Source of the DNA: Nitrosopumilus sp.
GTDB taxonomy: Archaea; Thermoproteota; Nitrososphaeria; Nitrososphaerales; Nitrosopumilaceae
Reading direction: 5' to 3'
DNA: 64,000 bases
NCBI GenBank assembly: GCA_965205215.1
Contig: OZ242041.1
Span: 1,536,001-1,600,000 of the forward strand
Shown: one piece after another, positions 41,105 to 50,427 of the stretch
Layout: every line of letters begins with the position of its first letter
How positions within the stretch are numbered: position 1 is the stretch's first letter
Program-made: the position numbers and the translations under genes
Notes under the pieces: model-generated
What the model was told of the DNA's origin: nothing
Databases searched by the model: none
The model's input: the letters and a program-made list of their open reading frames with translations, nothing else

Positions 41105-43894
41105 TTGAAAATAACTGCCATATCTCTTCTTGCGGCCATGCTGGCCGTTGGCGTCTTAAGCGTGACATTTTCAAGCTCGTCAGCAGCATACGCCGCCGCC
41201 GATTACCTCCCTCCTGCAAAGCAGGTTGAGATGGATGTGGACCCAGAAGACGTGACATGCCAGGGTGAGCGCGTGCTGTTGCTCAGGACAAACGGTGCGC
41301 CGATTTGCGCACTCCCGGGATCCGTGGACATGATCGTCGAGCGCGGCATTGCAACGGTAGTGGAGCGTGATCCGGCAGACGAGGCGCCTGCCGAATCCGA
41401 CCCGTTAGCCTCCGACCTGCGGGTCTCGATGACCGTATTCTCAGACCGGTTTGCCGTAATGAAAGAGGACGTAGTCAAGATCACGCGCGACGCCATTGCG
41501 GCGTACGAGTCAGACGGTGACGCGTCCCTGGATGCAATGACCGCGGGCTCATCGATGTATGACGGCAGCGGCCCGTATCCGTTTGTGGTAGACTCCGAGA
41601 CCATGATCATTGTGGCCCACGGGTTCATGCCCGAAAGGGTCGGGATGGTCGCCGAGCCGTTCCTAACCAGCGGAATGACGTTTGACGAGCTGAGGTCCGA
41701 GCTGGAATCCGAGGGCAGCCTCTGGCTGATGTACACGTTCATAGACCCCGAGTCCTCGCACAACGCGACCAAAAAGGCATACCTTGAGCTGCACGACGGA
41801 CTGATCTTTGGCAGCGGGATTTACCCCGATGGCCTAGAGGTGCAGATGATGAAGGCCATGTGGGTTGTCAGCAATGCCGTTGAGATGTACGACGAGTCCG
41901 GCATTGACGCGTTTGGTATGATAAACGATGCCGCCGCCGACTACGTGCCCGGCGACATCTATCCGTTTGCGTCCAGCCTCACTACGATGAACGTGGTTGC
42001 GCACGGGGCGGATCCGAGCCGCGTCGGGGACAAGTCCGTGGTGCTGACTGGCGCCAACAAGGATCTTGAGCGCATACTGCTGGAGTCTGAGATGAATGGC
42101 GGGACGTGGGTGGCGTATACCTTTAACAACTTTGAGACAGGCGCCGAGGAGACGAAGCTTTCCTGGGTTGTGGCCCGGGATGACTATATCCTTGGAGCCG
42201 GCTTCTACCCAGACGGGTACCAGACCTCCAAGGTACACGCCATAATGTCGACGGACAACGCCCTCTTCCTGTACGCGCAGTACGGCGAGGACGCATTCCC
42301 AAAGATCACCGCCCTGAACGTGACGGAGGAATGGTACCCGTTTGTCAGTGATGGCGAAATCGGACTTGAGATAGCAGACGGCTCGATTCTGGACAGGACC
42401 GGCGTCCTGTACTGGGAGGCGCACGAGTTTAACGCGGCATACGGGCCCGTGATGGACGTACTGGAATCCGGACACGGGGCGTACATATCGTACGTGTTCC
42501 TAAACCCCGAAACCGGCATGCAGCAGGCCAAAAAGGCCTGGATCGTCCTTCACGACGGGTACATCTTTGGGGCCGGTTTCTACCTTACAGGCGTGCACGG
42601 GGATGTCACGGCCGTAAAGTGGTCGATAGACACTTCAGTCGAGCTGTACAAGCTACAAGGCGCGGAGGACACGTTTGCGGCCATAACCTCGGCGGAGCCT
42701 GCCTCTGAATCATATCCGTTCGTCATAGACTCGGACAGCTTTGATCTGACGGCCCACGGGGCAGACCCGGGCCTGGTCGGCTCCAACTTCTTTGACCTGG
42801 TCACCCCGGACAAGGACGAGGAGCAGATCATGGCCGACCTGTCAGACGGTGACGGCGCCACGACATGGGTAAAGTACGTGTTTGTCAACCCGGAGACCGG
42901 CATGGACGCGGAAAAGACCGTGCTACTAAAGATGCATGACGGCTACATATTCGCTGCAGGGTATTATCAGGACGACGACGATATGACCTCGACAGACGGC
43001 GCAGCCGAGGCGGCGGTAGTAAAGCTCAAGTGGACCGACTCGGCTCAGTTTGCCGGCATCTACACGGCAGACCAGAACGGGTACTATCTGGACAACGGCA
43101 TGACAGTCGCCATAGAGCCGTTTGGATTTGAGAGCACGTCCATAGAGGACGTGGTTTCCGGCGCGGCAGACTTTGGCATTACGGGCGCCGACGAGCTCTT
43201 GGTAGCGCAGTCCAACGGAGCAGATGTGCGCGCCTTGGCAGTCATATACCAGCAGAGCCCGCTTGTGGCGATGGCGCTGGAGGAGTCCGGAATCACAGAG
43301 CCAAGGGACTTTGTGGGAATGAAGTTCGGGGCGCCCGGAGGCGAGTTCATCATAAGGAGCATGCTGGCCAGCCAGGACGTAGACTATGACAGCGACATAA
43401 CCGTTGTCCCCCTGGAGTTTGACATATCGCCTCTGCTAGACGGCGAACTGGACGTCATGGCAGCGTACCTGATCGACCAGCCGCTCATTGCAGAGGATCT
43501 CGGACATAAGACCGTCACAATACACCCGGCCGAGTACGGGGTGAACTTTTACGGCGACGTCCTGTTCACGAGCAACGGCCTGATCCAAGACGATCCGGAG
43601 CTGGTGCAGGGATTCGTCGATGCGACGCTGGCCGGGTGGGAGTACGCACTGGAAAACGTCGACGAGTCTGTACGCCACACGCTGCTCTATGTGGAGGACG
43701 ATGTCGGCATTTCCGAATCCTACCAGCAAAGGATTCTACAGGCCTCCATCCCGCTGATCAAGCCCGATGGAACGGAGGTCGGGCAGATGAGCCACGACAA
43801 ATGGATGCAGTCGTACGAGCTCCTGCTGGACTTCGGCATTATAGACTCTGAGCTTGACGTAGGCGAGTCGTACACGACGGAGTTTCTAAACTAG
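41105..43894 (+). CDS. Secreted protein: 4 tandem single-Cache-like domains plus C-terminal NMT1/THI5-type ABC substrate-binding domain
   Basis: Signal peptide; PPAKQ..C..C surface-protein motif; four YPF...W..Y.F.NP..G....K......HDG.IF..G.Y units; LKWTDSAQFAGIY, YQQSP, YGVNFYGDVLF, GWEYALEN. Confidence 0.85.
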   Translation: MKITAISLLAAMLAVGVLSVTFSSSSAAYAAADYLPPAKQVEMDVDPEDVTCQGERVLLLRTNGAPICALPGSVDMIVERGIATVVERDPADEAPAESDPLASDLRVSMTVFSDRFAVMKEDVVKITRDAIAAYESDGDASLDAMTAGSSMYDGSGPYPFVVDSETMIIVAHGFMPERVGMVAEPFLTSGMTFDELRSELESEGSLWLMYTFIDPESSHNATKKAYLELHDGLIFGSGIYPDGLEVQMMKAMWVVSNAVEMYDESGIDAFGMINDAAADYVPGDIYPFASSLTTMNVVAHGADPSRVGDKSVVLTGANKDLERILLESEMNGGTWVAYTFNNFETGAEETKLSWVVARDDYILGAGFYPDGYQTSKVHAIMSTDNALFLYAQYGEDAFPKITALNVTEEWYPFVSDGEIGLEIADGSILDRTGVLYWEAHEFNAAYGPVMDVLESGHGAYISYVFLNPETGMQQAKKAWIVLHDGYIFGAGFYLTGVHGDVTAVKWSIDTSVELYKLQGAEDTFAAITSAEPASESYPFVIDSDSFDLTAHGADPGLVGSNFFDLVTPDKDEEQIMADLSDGDGATTWVKYVFVNPETGMDAEKTVLLKMHDGYIFAAGYYQDDDDMTSTDGAAEAAVVKLKWTDSAQFAGIYTADQNGYYLDNGMTVAIEPFGFESTSIEDVVSGAADFGITGADELLVAQSNGADVRALAVIYQQSPLVAMALEESGITEPRDFVGMKFGAPGGEFIIRSMLASQDVDYDSDITVVPLEFDISPLLDGELDVMAAYLIDQPLIAEDLGHKTVTIHPAEYGVNFYGDVLFTSNGLIQDDPELVQGFVDATLAGWEYALENVDESVRHTLLYVEDDVGISESYQQRILQASIPLIKPDGTEVGQMSHDKWMQSYELLLDFGIIDSELDVGESYTTEFLN

Positions 43895-44331
43895 TGTTGC
43901 ACTGGCACGGGCAGGGCCCTGTGCCGGGGTTATGCGCCCGTACCCGTACCGTGTCCGGTCAAGCCGTGCCCGGGCGGAGCCCCCGGCAAACCGGCACGTC
44001 ATGCCCTCGATTGCAGGGCCGCGGCAGCACACGATGTGACCTCCGCACACGACGCGGCCCCATGATGCCGAGCACAGGCCTTGCGCCACCCTCGCTTTTT
44101 ACAAGGCATTCCGGCGGCGACAGGGCCCCGGTCTGAAATCTCAAAATGCAGACTGGCAGGCGCGGGTTTTCAAGGAACACGTGACCATGCAGCGGCGCGG
44201 GTCGGCGGACAAGTGCGTGCGCCAACGGGGCTCATGCGAGGCATGCGGCACATCCATGAGACCCCCGCTCTGCGGCATCCCGTACGGATGGCAGGCATGC
44301 CAGATCAGGACGCGTGCGGGGAGTGTCCGCG

Positions 44332-44460
44332 TCACTCTACCGTATCGTGCGGCTTTGTGTTCTCATCATGGCAGTCGCATGAGCACAGGTAGGTGGAGTG
44401 GTTGTTCTTGCAGTCTATGCATTCGTAGTGTTTGCGGGCCTCACATGCGGCGCAGATCAT
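44332..44460 (-). CDS. Cys/His-rich microprotein (42 aa)
   Basis: MICAACEARKHYECIDCKNNHSTYLCSCDCH; AT-rich promoter-like sequence upstream. Confidence 0.65.
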   Translation of the reverse strand: MICAACEARKHYECIDCKNNHSTYLCSCDCHDENTKPHDTVE

Positions 44461-44644
44461 TGCTTGCTCTATGCACGCTTTGAATTTTAGCTTTTCTAGG
44501 GTAGGTGCGCGGCACGTATTGCGCCTTGTGCTTGTTGAAGACATACCTGACCCCCCATCTTTCCAGTTTCAGTCCGTAACCTCTCCACTTTTGGCCAGGC
44601 CGGCGCCTCTTTCCAGCGGCCGCGGCGGCAGAACAGCGACATCA

Positions 44645-47600
44645 TTAGCGGCAATAAAGCGTCGGCGGATCCGCGGAGGGCAGAACGCCGCCCGGGACAA
44701 GTATGTCAGACAGATAGTATCCGGACCCAAACACCAGGCCGTCATACATGACAAGCCATGCGCGCTTGGTCTCCTCCTGTCCCGTTACGGGGTTCGTGTG
44801 CGTGTAGTCGACCCACGTGCCGACCCCGCGGCTTGTCTTATCCAATATATCCCGCGCCGGGAGCGCCCCGACGATGGCATCCCAGTCCGGCGTGCCGCCT
44901 ATCCGGCCCGGATCCGCGCTCTGCGCCAGCGTGCTTCCGGTCTGCGGGTCGACTACAAAGCCGTACGTGGAGACCGGCGCAGGCGGGACTGCGTTTATCG
45001 AGGCGAGGGCCGAGATCTGCCCGTCGCGCTGGTACTGTAATATGTTGCCGTACACTATCGACTGCACGCTAGAGTCCACCGTGTAATAGCCGGAGCCAAA
45101 GACCAGCCCGTCGCGCATCTGGAGGTAGCTGCGCTTGATCTGCTCCACGTCCGTGGCCGGGTTGTGGAATATGTACGTGACCCACAGGCTGCCCTCCCGC
45201 CTGAGCTCTGCAAGGACGTCGGCGACGGACCTGCTGGAGGTGTCCAGGATGGTCTCGGGCTGCCCCACCCTGGCGGGCACGACGCCGTCGGCCAGCCTCG
45301 TCCAAGTTGCCGCATCAATCACGAACGGGTACAGGGCGTCGGTGGTGATTGGCGCGTCAGGCGTGATTATGTCCACCCACGCGTCGTTGGCCTTGTTGGC
45401 CTCGTAGACGCGTATTGCGTTGCTTACGGCAAACTTGACGTCGGACTCTGATACGTCAGACGAATAGTGCCCCACCCCGAATACCAGGCCCCGGTGCAGG
45501 ACCAGCCATGCGTGCTTGATCTCCTCCTGGCCCGTTATGGGATTAGTGTGCGTGTATGCAACCCATGTGCCGGCTCCGCGGCTTATTTTATCCACCACAT
45601 ATTGTGACGAGAGTACGGATGTGATGGCACTCCAGTCGGCTGTACCGCCTATCAGGCCCGGGTTCACGTTCTGCGCCAGCGTGCTTCCGGTCTGCGGGTC
45701 GACTACAAAGGCGTACGAGGTGAACGGTTCGGGCGGTATGGAGTTTATCGAGGCCAGGGCCGCGTCCTGCCCGTCGCGCTCATACGACAGTATGTGGCCG
45801 TGCAGTGTAGACTGCACCTGGGAGTCCAGCGTATAATAGCCGGAGCCGAAGACCAGCCCGTCGTGCAGCTCAAGGTAGCTGCGCTTGATCTGTTCTATGC
45901 CCGTGGCCGGGTTGTGGAACGTGTACGTGACCCACAGGCTGCCCTCCCGCCTGAGCTCTGCAAGGACGTCGGCGACGGACCTGCTGGAGGTGTCCAGGAT
46001 GGTCTCGGGCTGCCCCACCCTGGCGGGCACGACGCCGTCGGCCAGCCTCGTCCAAGTTGCCGCATCAATCACGAACGGGTACAGGGCGTCGGTGGTGATT
46101 GGCGCGTCAGGCGTGATTATGTCCACCCACGCGTCGTTGGCCTTGTTGGCCTCGTAGACGCGTATTGCGTTGCTTACGGCAAACTTGACGTCGGCCTCTG
46201 GTATGTTGGATGAATAGTACCCCGATCCAAATATCAAGCCCCGGTGCAGGACAAGCCACGTGCGTTTTGCCTCTTCTTGTCCTGTTATCGGCTCCGTATG
46301 CGTGTAGCTGACCCACATGCCGGGCTCGCGGTTCAGTTCACCCAGGATGTCCTGCACGGAGAGCACTTGGAGAATGGCACTCCAGTCGGTTGTGCTGCCT
46401 ATCAGGCCCGGATCCACGTTCTGCGCCAGCGTGCTTCCGGTCTGCGGATCGACTACAAAGCCGTACGTGGAGGTCGGCTCCTCGGGGACGGCATTTATGA
46501 GGGCGATGGCAGCGTTCCTGCCCTGGTTGTCGTGTTCCAATATGTTGGTATACGCTATGCCCTGCACCTGGGAGTCCAGCAGGTAGTAGCCTGAACCGAA
46601 GACCAGCCCGTCGCGCATCTGGAGATAGGTGCGCTTGAGCTGCTCCACGCCGGTGGCAGGGTTGTGGAACGTGTACGTCAGCCACGTTCTGCCGTTCTGC
46701 TCAAGATCTGCAAGGACGTCGGCAACGGACCTACCGGAGGTCTCCAGGATGGTCTCGGACTGACCCACCCTGGTGGGCACGACGCCGTCGGCCAGCCTAG
46801 TCCAAGTTGCCGCGTCTATAACGAACGGGTACAGGTCGTCAGTCACGACGGGTTCGTCAGGCGTGATGATGTCCATCCACGCGTCGTTCTCACGGTTGGA
46901 CTCGTAGATAAACCGGGCATAATCGGTCACCGACTGGGTGTCGGCGTCTGCAATAGTATATGGAGATATGAAGGCGTAACCGTCGTGAATGGTAACCCAG
47001 GCGCGCTTGATCTGGTGTATGCCGGTATATGAGTCAAAAAACGAATACTGCGACCAGTACGAGTCCCCATCCTCAAAGCCGCTCAAATCGTAGCTGCCGA
47101 TTGCCAGTGCCACATCTGGAAGTGGTCCGACTAGACCAGGCACCGTGCCATGGGCAAGTATGTGCGTGCTGCTTCTCACCAGCGGATAGAGATCTATTCT
47201 GTTGAGCGCTCCGGAATTAATCAGGTCAAAGGCGGTTGTGGGATCGTTTCTGTACGTATAGATGGCGCCGTCTACCACAGACTGGGACCGAAGGTCCGGC
47301 AGCGAGTAGCTTGCGCCAAATATGTAACCGCCATGCAATATGATGTAAGTGCGGGTGAGTTGGTTCGTCTGGGTTGCGGGGTTTAGATCCATGTGCCATA
47401 TCCAGACGCCGCCGTCCCGTAGTTCCGCCAGGATGGTCGCCAGGGGCTTGTCGGCCTCCTCAAGGTGCGTGCTGGTGGTCCCCACCAAGTTGGGCGTCCT
47501 GGCATGGGCCACCACCTCGAAGGTTGCCGCATCCAATACAAAGGACGACTTTGTTGACCGCGGATCAGGCGCATCCGGCGTTATCATCCCAAAGGCACTC

Positions 47601-48556
47601 GTGCCGTGGGCCGTATACAGGATTCTGGCCGAGTCCGCCTGTGCCTGCGCCCGGGAGTCGCTTGGGTAGTAGCCGGTGCCAAACACATAGCCGTCGTGCA
47701 GGTATAGCCAGGTGCGCTTGATCTGGCCCATGTCGGTGCCAGGGTTGTGGAACGTATATGTCGCCCACGTGCCCTCGTTTGCCCCGAGATCCGCACGGAC
47801 GTCGGCGACGGACCTGCTGGAGGTGTCAAGGATGGCATCCGGCTGCCCCACCCTGCTAGGCACCACCTCGTCGGCCACCCGCATCCAAGACGAGTAGTCT
47901 ATCACAAACAGGTAGAGTTCGTCCGTAAGGACGGGATCATCAGGAGTAATACTGTCAAAAAAGGCCTGCGCATTACCGTACGATTCGTACTGCCTTACCT
48001 TTTCCTCTATGAACAGCTGGACCTCGGTGTCCGGCAGGTAGTGCCCCGCGGCAAATATGTAACCGTCGTGCAGGTACAGCAGCGCGCGTGTCGTCTGATC
48101 CTCCAGGTTGGCAGGGTTTTTGTCTATGTACGTGACCCACACCCGGTCATTTTGCGCCAGATCGGCACGGATTTGGCTGATGGACCTGTCTGCCGCCTCC
48201 AAGGCTTCCGCCCGCTGGCCCACCTGTCCGGCATCCGCACTATGCGCCACTATCCTCAGGGTATTGAGATCCGCCACGAACGAGACCGGTGCGCCGGCGC
48301 CCGCCGATCCTGCAGACGTGATTGCGGTAAACGCGGCCTGTCCTTGCGCCGCGTATAGCGCCTGGATCCTGTCCACCTCTGTACCGATCCGACTGTCAAT
48401 GCTGCTTTGATCATACAGCGTACGTCCTTGCTGGGATTGGCCATGGGCGTCCGCTGCGGGAGCAAGGCATGCTACAAGCGCGATCAGCACCACTGCGGTG
48501 ACGGCAGTCGACACTGGGGTTGTACTTGAGCGTAACAAGGATTTGGGCATCTCCAC
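44645..48556 (-). CDS. Secreted protein of 10 tandem single-Cache-like domains, no output domain
   Basis: Signal peptide ending ADA-H; ten units of about 125 aa each ending K/R..(W/Y)....(H/R)DG..FG.G.Y; no TM after the signal. Confidence 0.85.
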   Translation of the reverse strand: MEMPKSLLRSSTTPVSTAVTAVVLIALVACLAPAADAHGQSQQGRTLYDQSSIDSRIGTEVDRIQALYAAQGQAAFTAITSAGSAGAGAPVSFVADLNTLRIVAHSADAGQVGQRAEALEAADRSISQIRADLAQNDRVWVTYIDKNPANLEDQTTRALLYLHDGYIFAAGHYLPDTEVQLFIEEKVRQYESYGNAQAFFDSITPDDPVLTDELYLFVIDYSSWMRVADEVVPSRVGQPDAILDTSSRSVADVRADLGANEGTWATYTFHNPGTDMGQIKRTWLYLHDGYVFGTGYYPSDSRAQAQADSARILYTAHGTSAFGMITPDAPDPRSTKSSFVLDAATFEVVAHARTPNLVGTTSTHLEEADKPLATILAELRDGGVWIWHMDLNPATQTNQLTRTYIILHGGYIFGASYSLPDLRSQSVVDGAIYTYRNDPTTAFDLINSGALNRIDLYPLVRSSTHILAHGTVPGLVGPLPDVALAIGSYDLSGFEDGDSYWSQYSFFDSYTGIHQIKRAWVTIHDGYAFISPYTIADADTQSVTDYARFIYESNRENDAWMDIITPDEPVVTDDLYPFVIDAATWTRLADGVVPTRVGQSETILETSGRSVADVLADLEQNGRTWLTYTFHNPATGVEQLKRTYLQMRDGLVFGSGYYLLDSQVQGIAYTNILEHDNQGRNAAIALINAVPEEPTSTYGFVVDPQTGSTLAQNVDPGLIGSTTDWSAILQVLSVQDILGELNREPGMWVSYTHTEPITGQEEAKRTWLVLHRGLIFGSGYYSSNIPEADVKFAVSNAIRVYEANKANDAWVDIITPDAPITTDALYPFVIDAATWTRLADGVVPARVGQPETILDTSSRSVADVLAELRREGSLWVTYTFHNPATGIEQIKRSYLELHDGLVFGSGYYTLDSQVQSTLHGHILSYERDGQDAALASINSIPPEPFTSYAFVVDPQTGSTLAQNVNPGLIGGTADWSAITSVLSSQYVVDKISRGAGTWVAYTHTNPITGQEEIKHAWLVLHRGLVFGVGHYSSDVSESDVKFAVSNAIRVYEANKANDAWVDIITPDAPITTDALYPFVIDAATWTRLADGVVPARVGQPETILDTSSRSVADVLAELRREGSLWVTYIFHNPATDVEQIKRSYLQMRDGLVFGSGYYTVDSSVQSIVYGNILQYQRDGQISALASINAVPPAPVSTYGFVVDPQTGSTLAQSADPGRIGGTPDWDAIVGALPARDILDKTSRGVGTWVDYTHTNPVTGQEETKRAWLVMYDGLVFGSGYYLSDILVPGGVLPSADPPTLYCR
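45172..46194. repeat. Exact 273-bp direct repeat (45172-45444 = 45922-46194) within a 750-bp period
   Basis: Line-by-line identity; a third, diverged copy begins near 46672. Confidence 0.95.
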
Positions 48557-48579
48557 CTGTCGGAGGAGGGAATTGCGAA

Positions 48580-48587
48580 CTATAAAG
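48580..48587 (-). promoter_or_regulatory. TATA box of the 10xCache gene (CTTTATAG)
   Basis: About 25 nt upstream of GTG 48556. Confidence 0.6.
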
Positions 48588-48602
48588 CAGTTGTGCCATG
48601 AG

Positions 48603-50095
48603 AACTTTGTTTCCTAATTCCCCCCGTGCACGCCGGCCAAGTCCAAGTCGGGCGGCGGCGTGGCCGTCATGCCGTCATGCCGTCCCCCTCCCGCCTCCCG
48701 GGCAATCGACTCGTCCCTCCACCTGTTGTACAGGGCCACCTTGAGCCTCACCTCCTGCACGATGTTCTCCCACTTGAGGGCCATCAGATGCTCTCCGAAC
48801 AGGCGCTTGAATGCTGAAAACACGCTCTCCGCGAGCCACCTTTGGCCGTAGCCTATCCGGGTCTTCCAGTATGTCTGGTTCTCCTTCTTCTCCTCCCTGC
48901 TCATCAGGTCCAGGCGCGTCGCGTCTGGGCTTCCCCCCAGCTGGTCCCTTACGGACTCGCCCCACGCGTCGCCGGATCCCTTGCCGCGCGCCGTCACGTT
49001 GATTTTGTGCAGGATGCCGGGGACCATCTGGGCCCGCGCGCACGCGGCCGCGTTCTCCCTCGAGCCGTACGCGGCATCGCCGAGCACGACGTCGGGCGCG
49101 TCATGGGCGCCGCGGGGGGCGCCGCCTGCGCGCAACGACGCGAGAGGGGGGACGCCGGACGCGAGAAGGTTCTCGTATCCCGTGACGCTGCTGCTGCCGG
49201 CGGCTCCGGGAGGGGGTGCGGCCGGCGGCTCCAGACTGTCCCCCGCGCCGTCCCCGGCCCCCGCGACCTGCCCGAGCAGCGCGCCGAACATGGCCGAGTC
49301 ACCCACGGAGTCGTCTGTGACCTCCAGGGCCAGTATCTTCTTGGTCTCCGTGTCTACCAGAATGTGCATCTTTACAAAGCCCCGCCTCTTCTTCCACTTG
49401 GCCCTCATCCACTCGCCCCTGTTGTGCTGCTTGAGGCCGCTCGCGTCGAGCGCCAGTATCCTCCGGCTCTTCCTGTCCGATACCGTCACCACGCCGCCGG
49501 AACCCCGGCTTATGTCCGCGTCAAGCCCGGTGATCCGCTTGTACAGCTGGCTGTACGCGGGGGTGTTGGACCTGCCTGCCATCCTCCCGACCATCCCCTC
49601 GAGCTGCCTGTACTTGACCCCCAGCGCGGACCTGAGGGCGGCGGCCATCATTACGAGCGTCTCCGCGTACTGGTACGGGGCGCCCACCTTGCCCTCGTTT
49701 GCGCGCCTTACGTCGTCCTCCCACTCGGGATTGTACTCTATGACGAGGTCCGCCCCGCGCCTGACGTACTTTTCGTTGTCCGTCTTTGCGGCTGCGCCGT
49801 TACGCGCCTGGCTCATGGGTAGCGCCCCTCCACGCTCCTGCCTCCCCTGTGGCCGCGCCGCGCCCTCGGGAAAAGGGCCGGATCATGATTAAATACGGAC
49901 TCTGCGAACCGATGTTGACGTCTGTATAGGCACACCGATGTTGGATGCATCGTGTCTATCTTTCGTCATATACACTTCAAGGCGTGCATGAACGTTCCTT
50001 GCCCGTTTGGCCAGATTTTATTGATCAAATTGGAGACTGCGCCGCCGCAAGGCCGCCGTAGCAGGTGCCTACAGGCAGAATTAGGAAACAAAGTT
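48603..50095 (-). mobile_element. Intact IS5-family (IS903-group-like) insertion sequence, 1493 bp
   Basis: Perfect 18-bp TIR AACTTTGTTTCCTAATTC (48603-48620; inverse at 50078-50095); TSD GCCATGAG at 48595-48602 and 50096-50103. Confidence 0.95.
48614..49816 (-). CDS. IS5-family DDE transposase
   Basis: LALDASG..RGEW..RRGFVKMHILVD, LGDAAYGS, YGQRWLAESVFSAFKRLFG; stop codon lies inside the TIR. Confidence 0.93.
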   Translation of the reverse strand: MSQARNGAAAKTDNEKYVRRGADLVIEYNPEWEDDVRRANEGKVGAPYQYAETLVMMAAALRSALGVKYRQLEGMVGRMAGRSNTPAYSQLYKRITGLDADISRGSGGVVTVSDRKSRRILALDASGLKQHNRGEWMRAKWKKRRGFVKMHILVDTETKKILALEVTDDSVGDSAMFGALLGQVAGAGDGAGDSLEPPAAPPPGAAGSSSVTGYENLLASGVPPLASLRAGGAPRGAHDAPDVVLGDAAYGSRENAAACARAQMVPGILHKINVTARGKGSGDAWGESVRDQLGGSPDATRLDLMSREEKKENQTYWKTRIGYGQRWLAESVFSAFKRLFGEHLMALKWENIVQEVRLKVALYNRWRDESIAREAGGGRHDGMTATPPPDLDLAGVHGGN

Positions 50096-50427
50096 GCCAT
50101 GAGCAGTCTTCCCAATGGTACGTCAAAAACAGGGCCACGCAGTAAGAGATCAAAAAAATGGCGGCCCCGTCGGCGTCCTGTGACCAAGAGTAGGCAGGCC
50201 AAGGCGCGACCTGTAACAACCCGGCTGAGCAGAAGCTCAGGATGCCGGCCCCAGAGAACCGACGCGCCGGGATCAGGCCGTCCCGGCGAGTGCGCCGCGC
50301 GCCGCACCGCGTCCTTGTACGGCATGCGGTTTTGCGCGCACCGTGCAGGAGGCCCGGCAAGCGTGCAACCGGCCGCGGGCGCCTCCGCACCGAGACTGTT
50401 ATTATATACAGGCGCCGCACCGCGTGC

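Noticed and set aside
44700-46950. Diversity-generating retroelement (TR/VR pair) explaining the Cache repeats
   Set aside because: Differences between copies are not adenine-specific, all copies are in-frame coding, and there is no reverse transcriptase in the window
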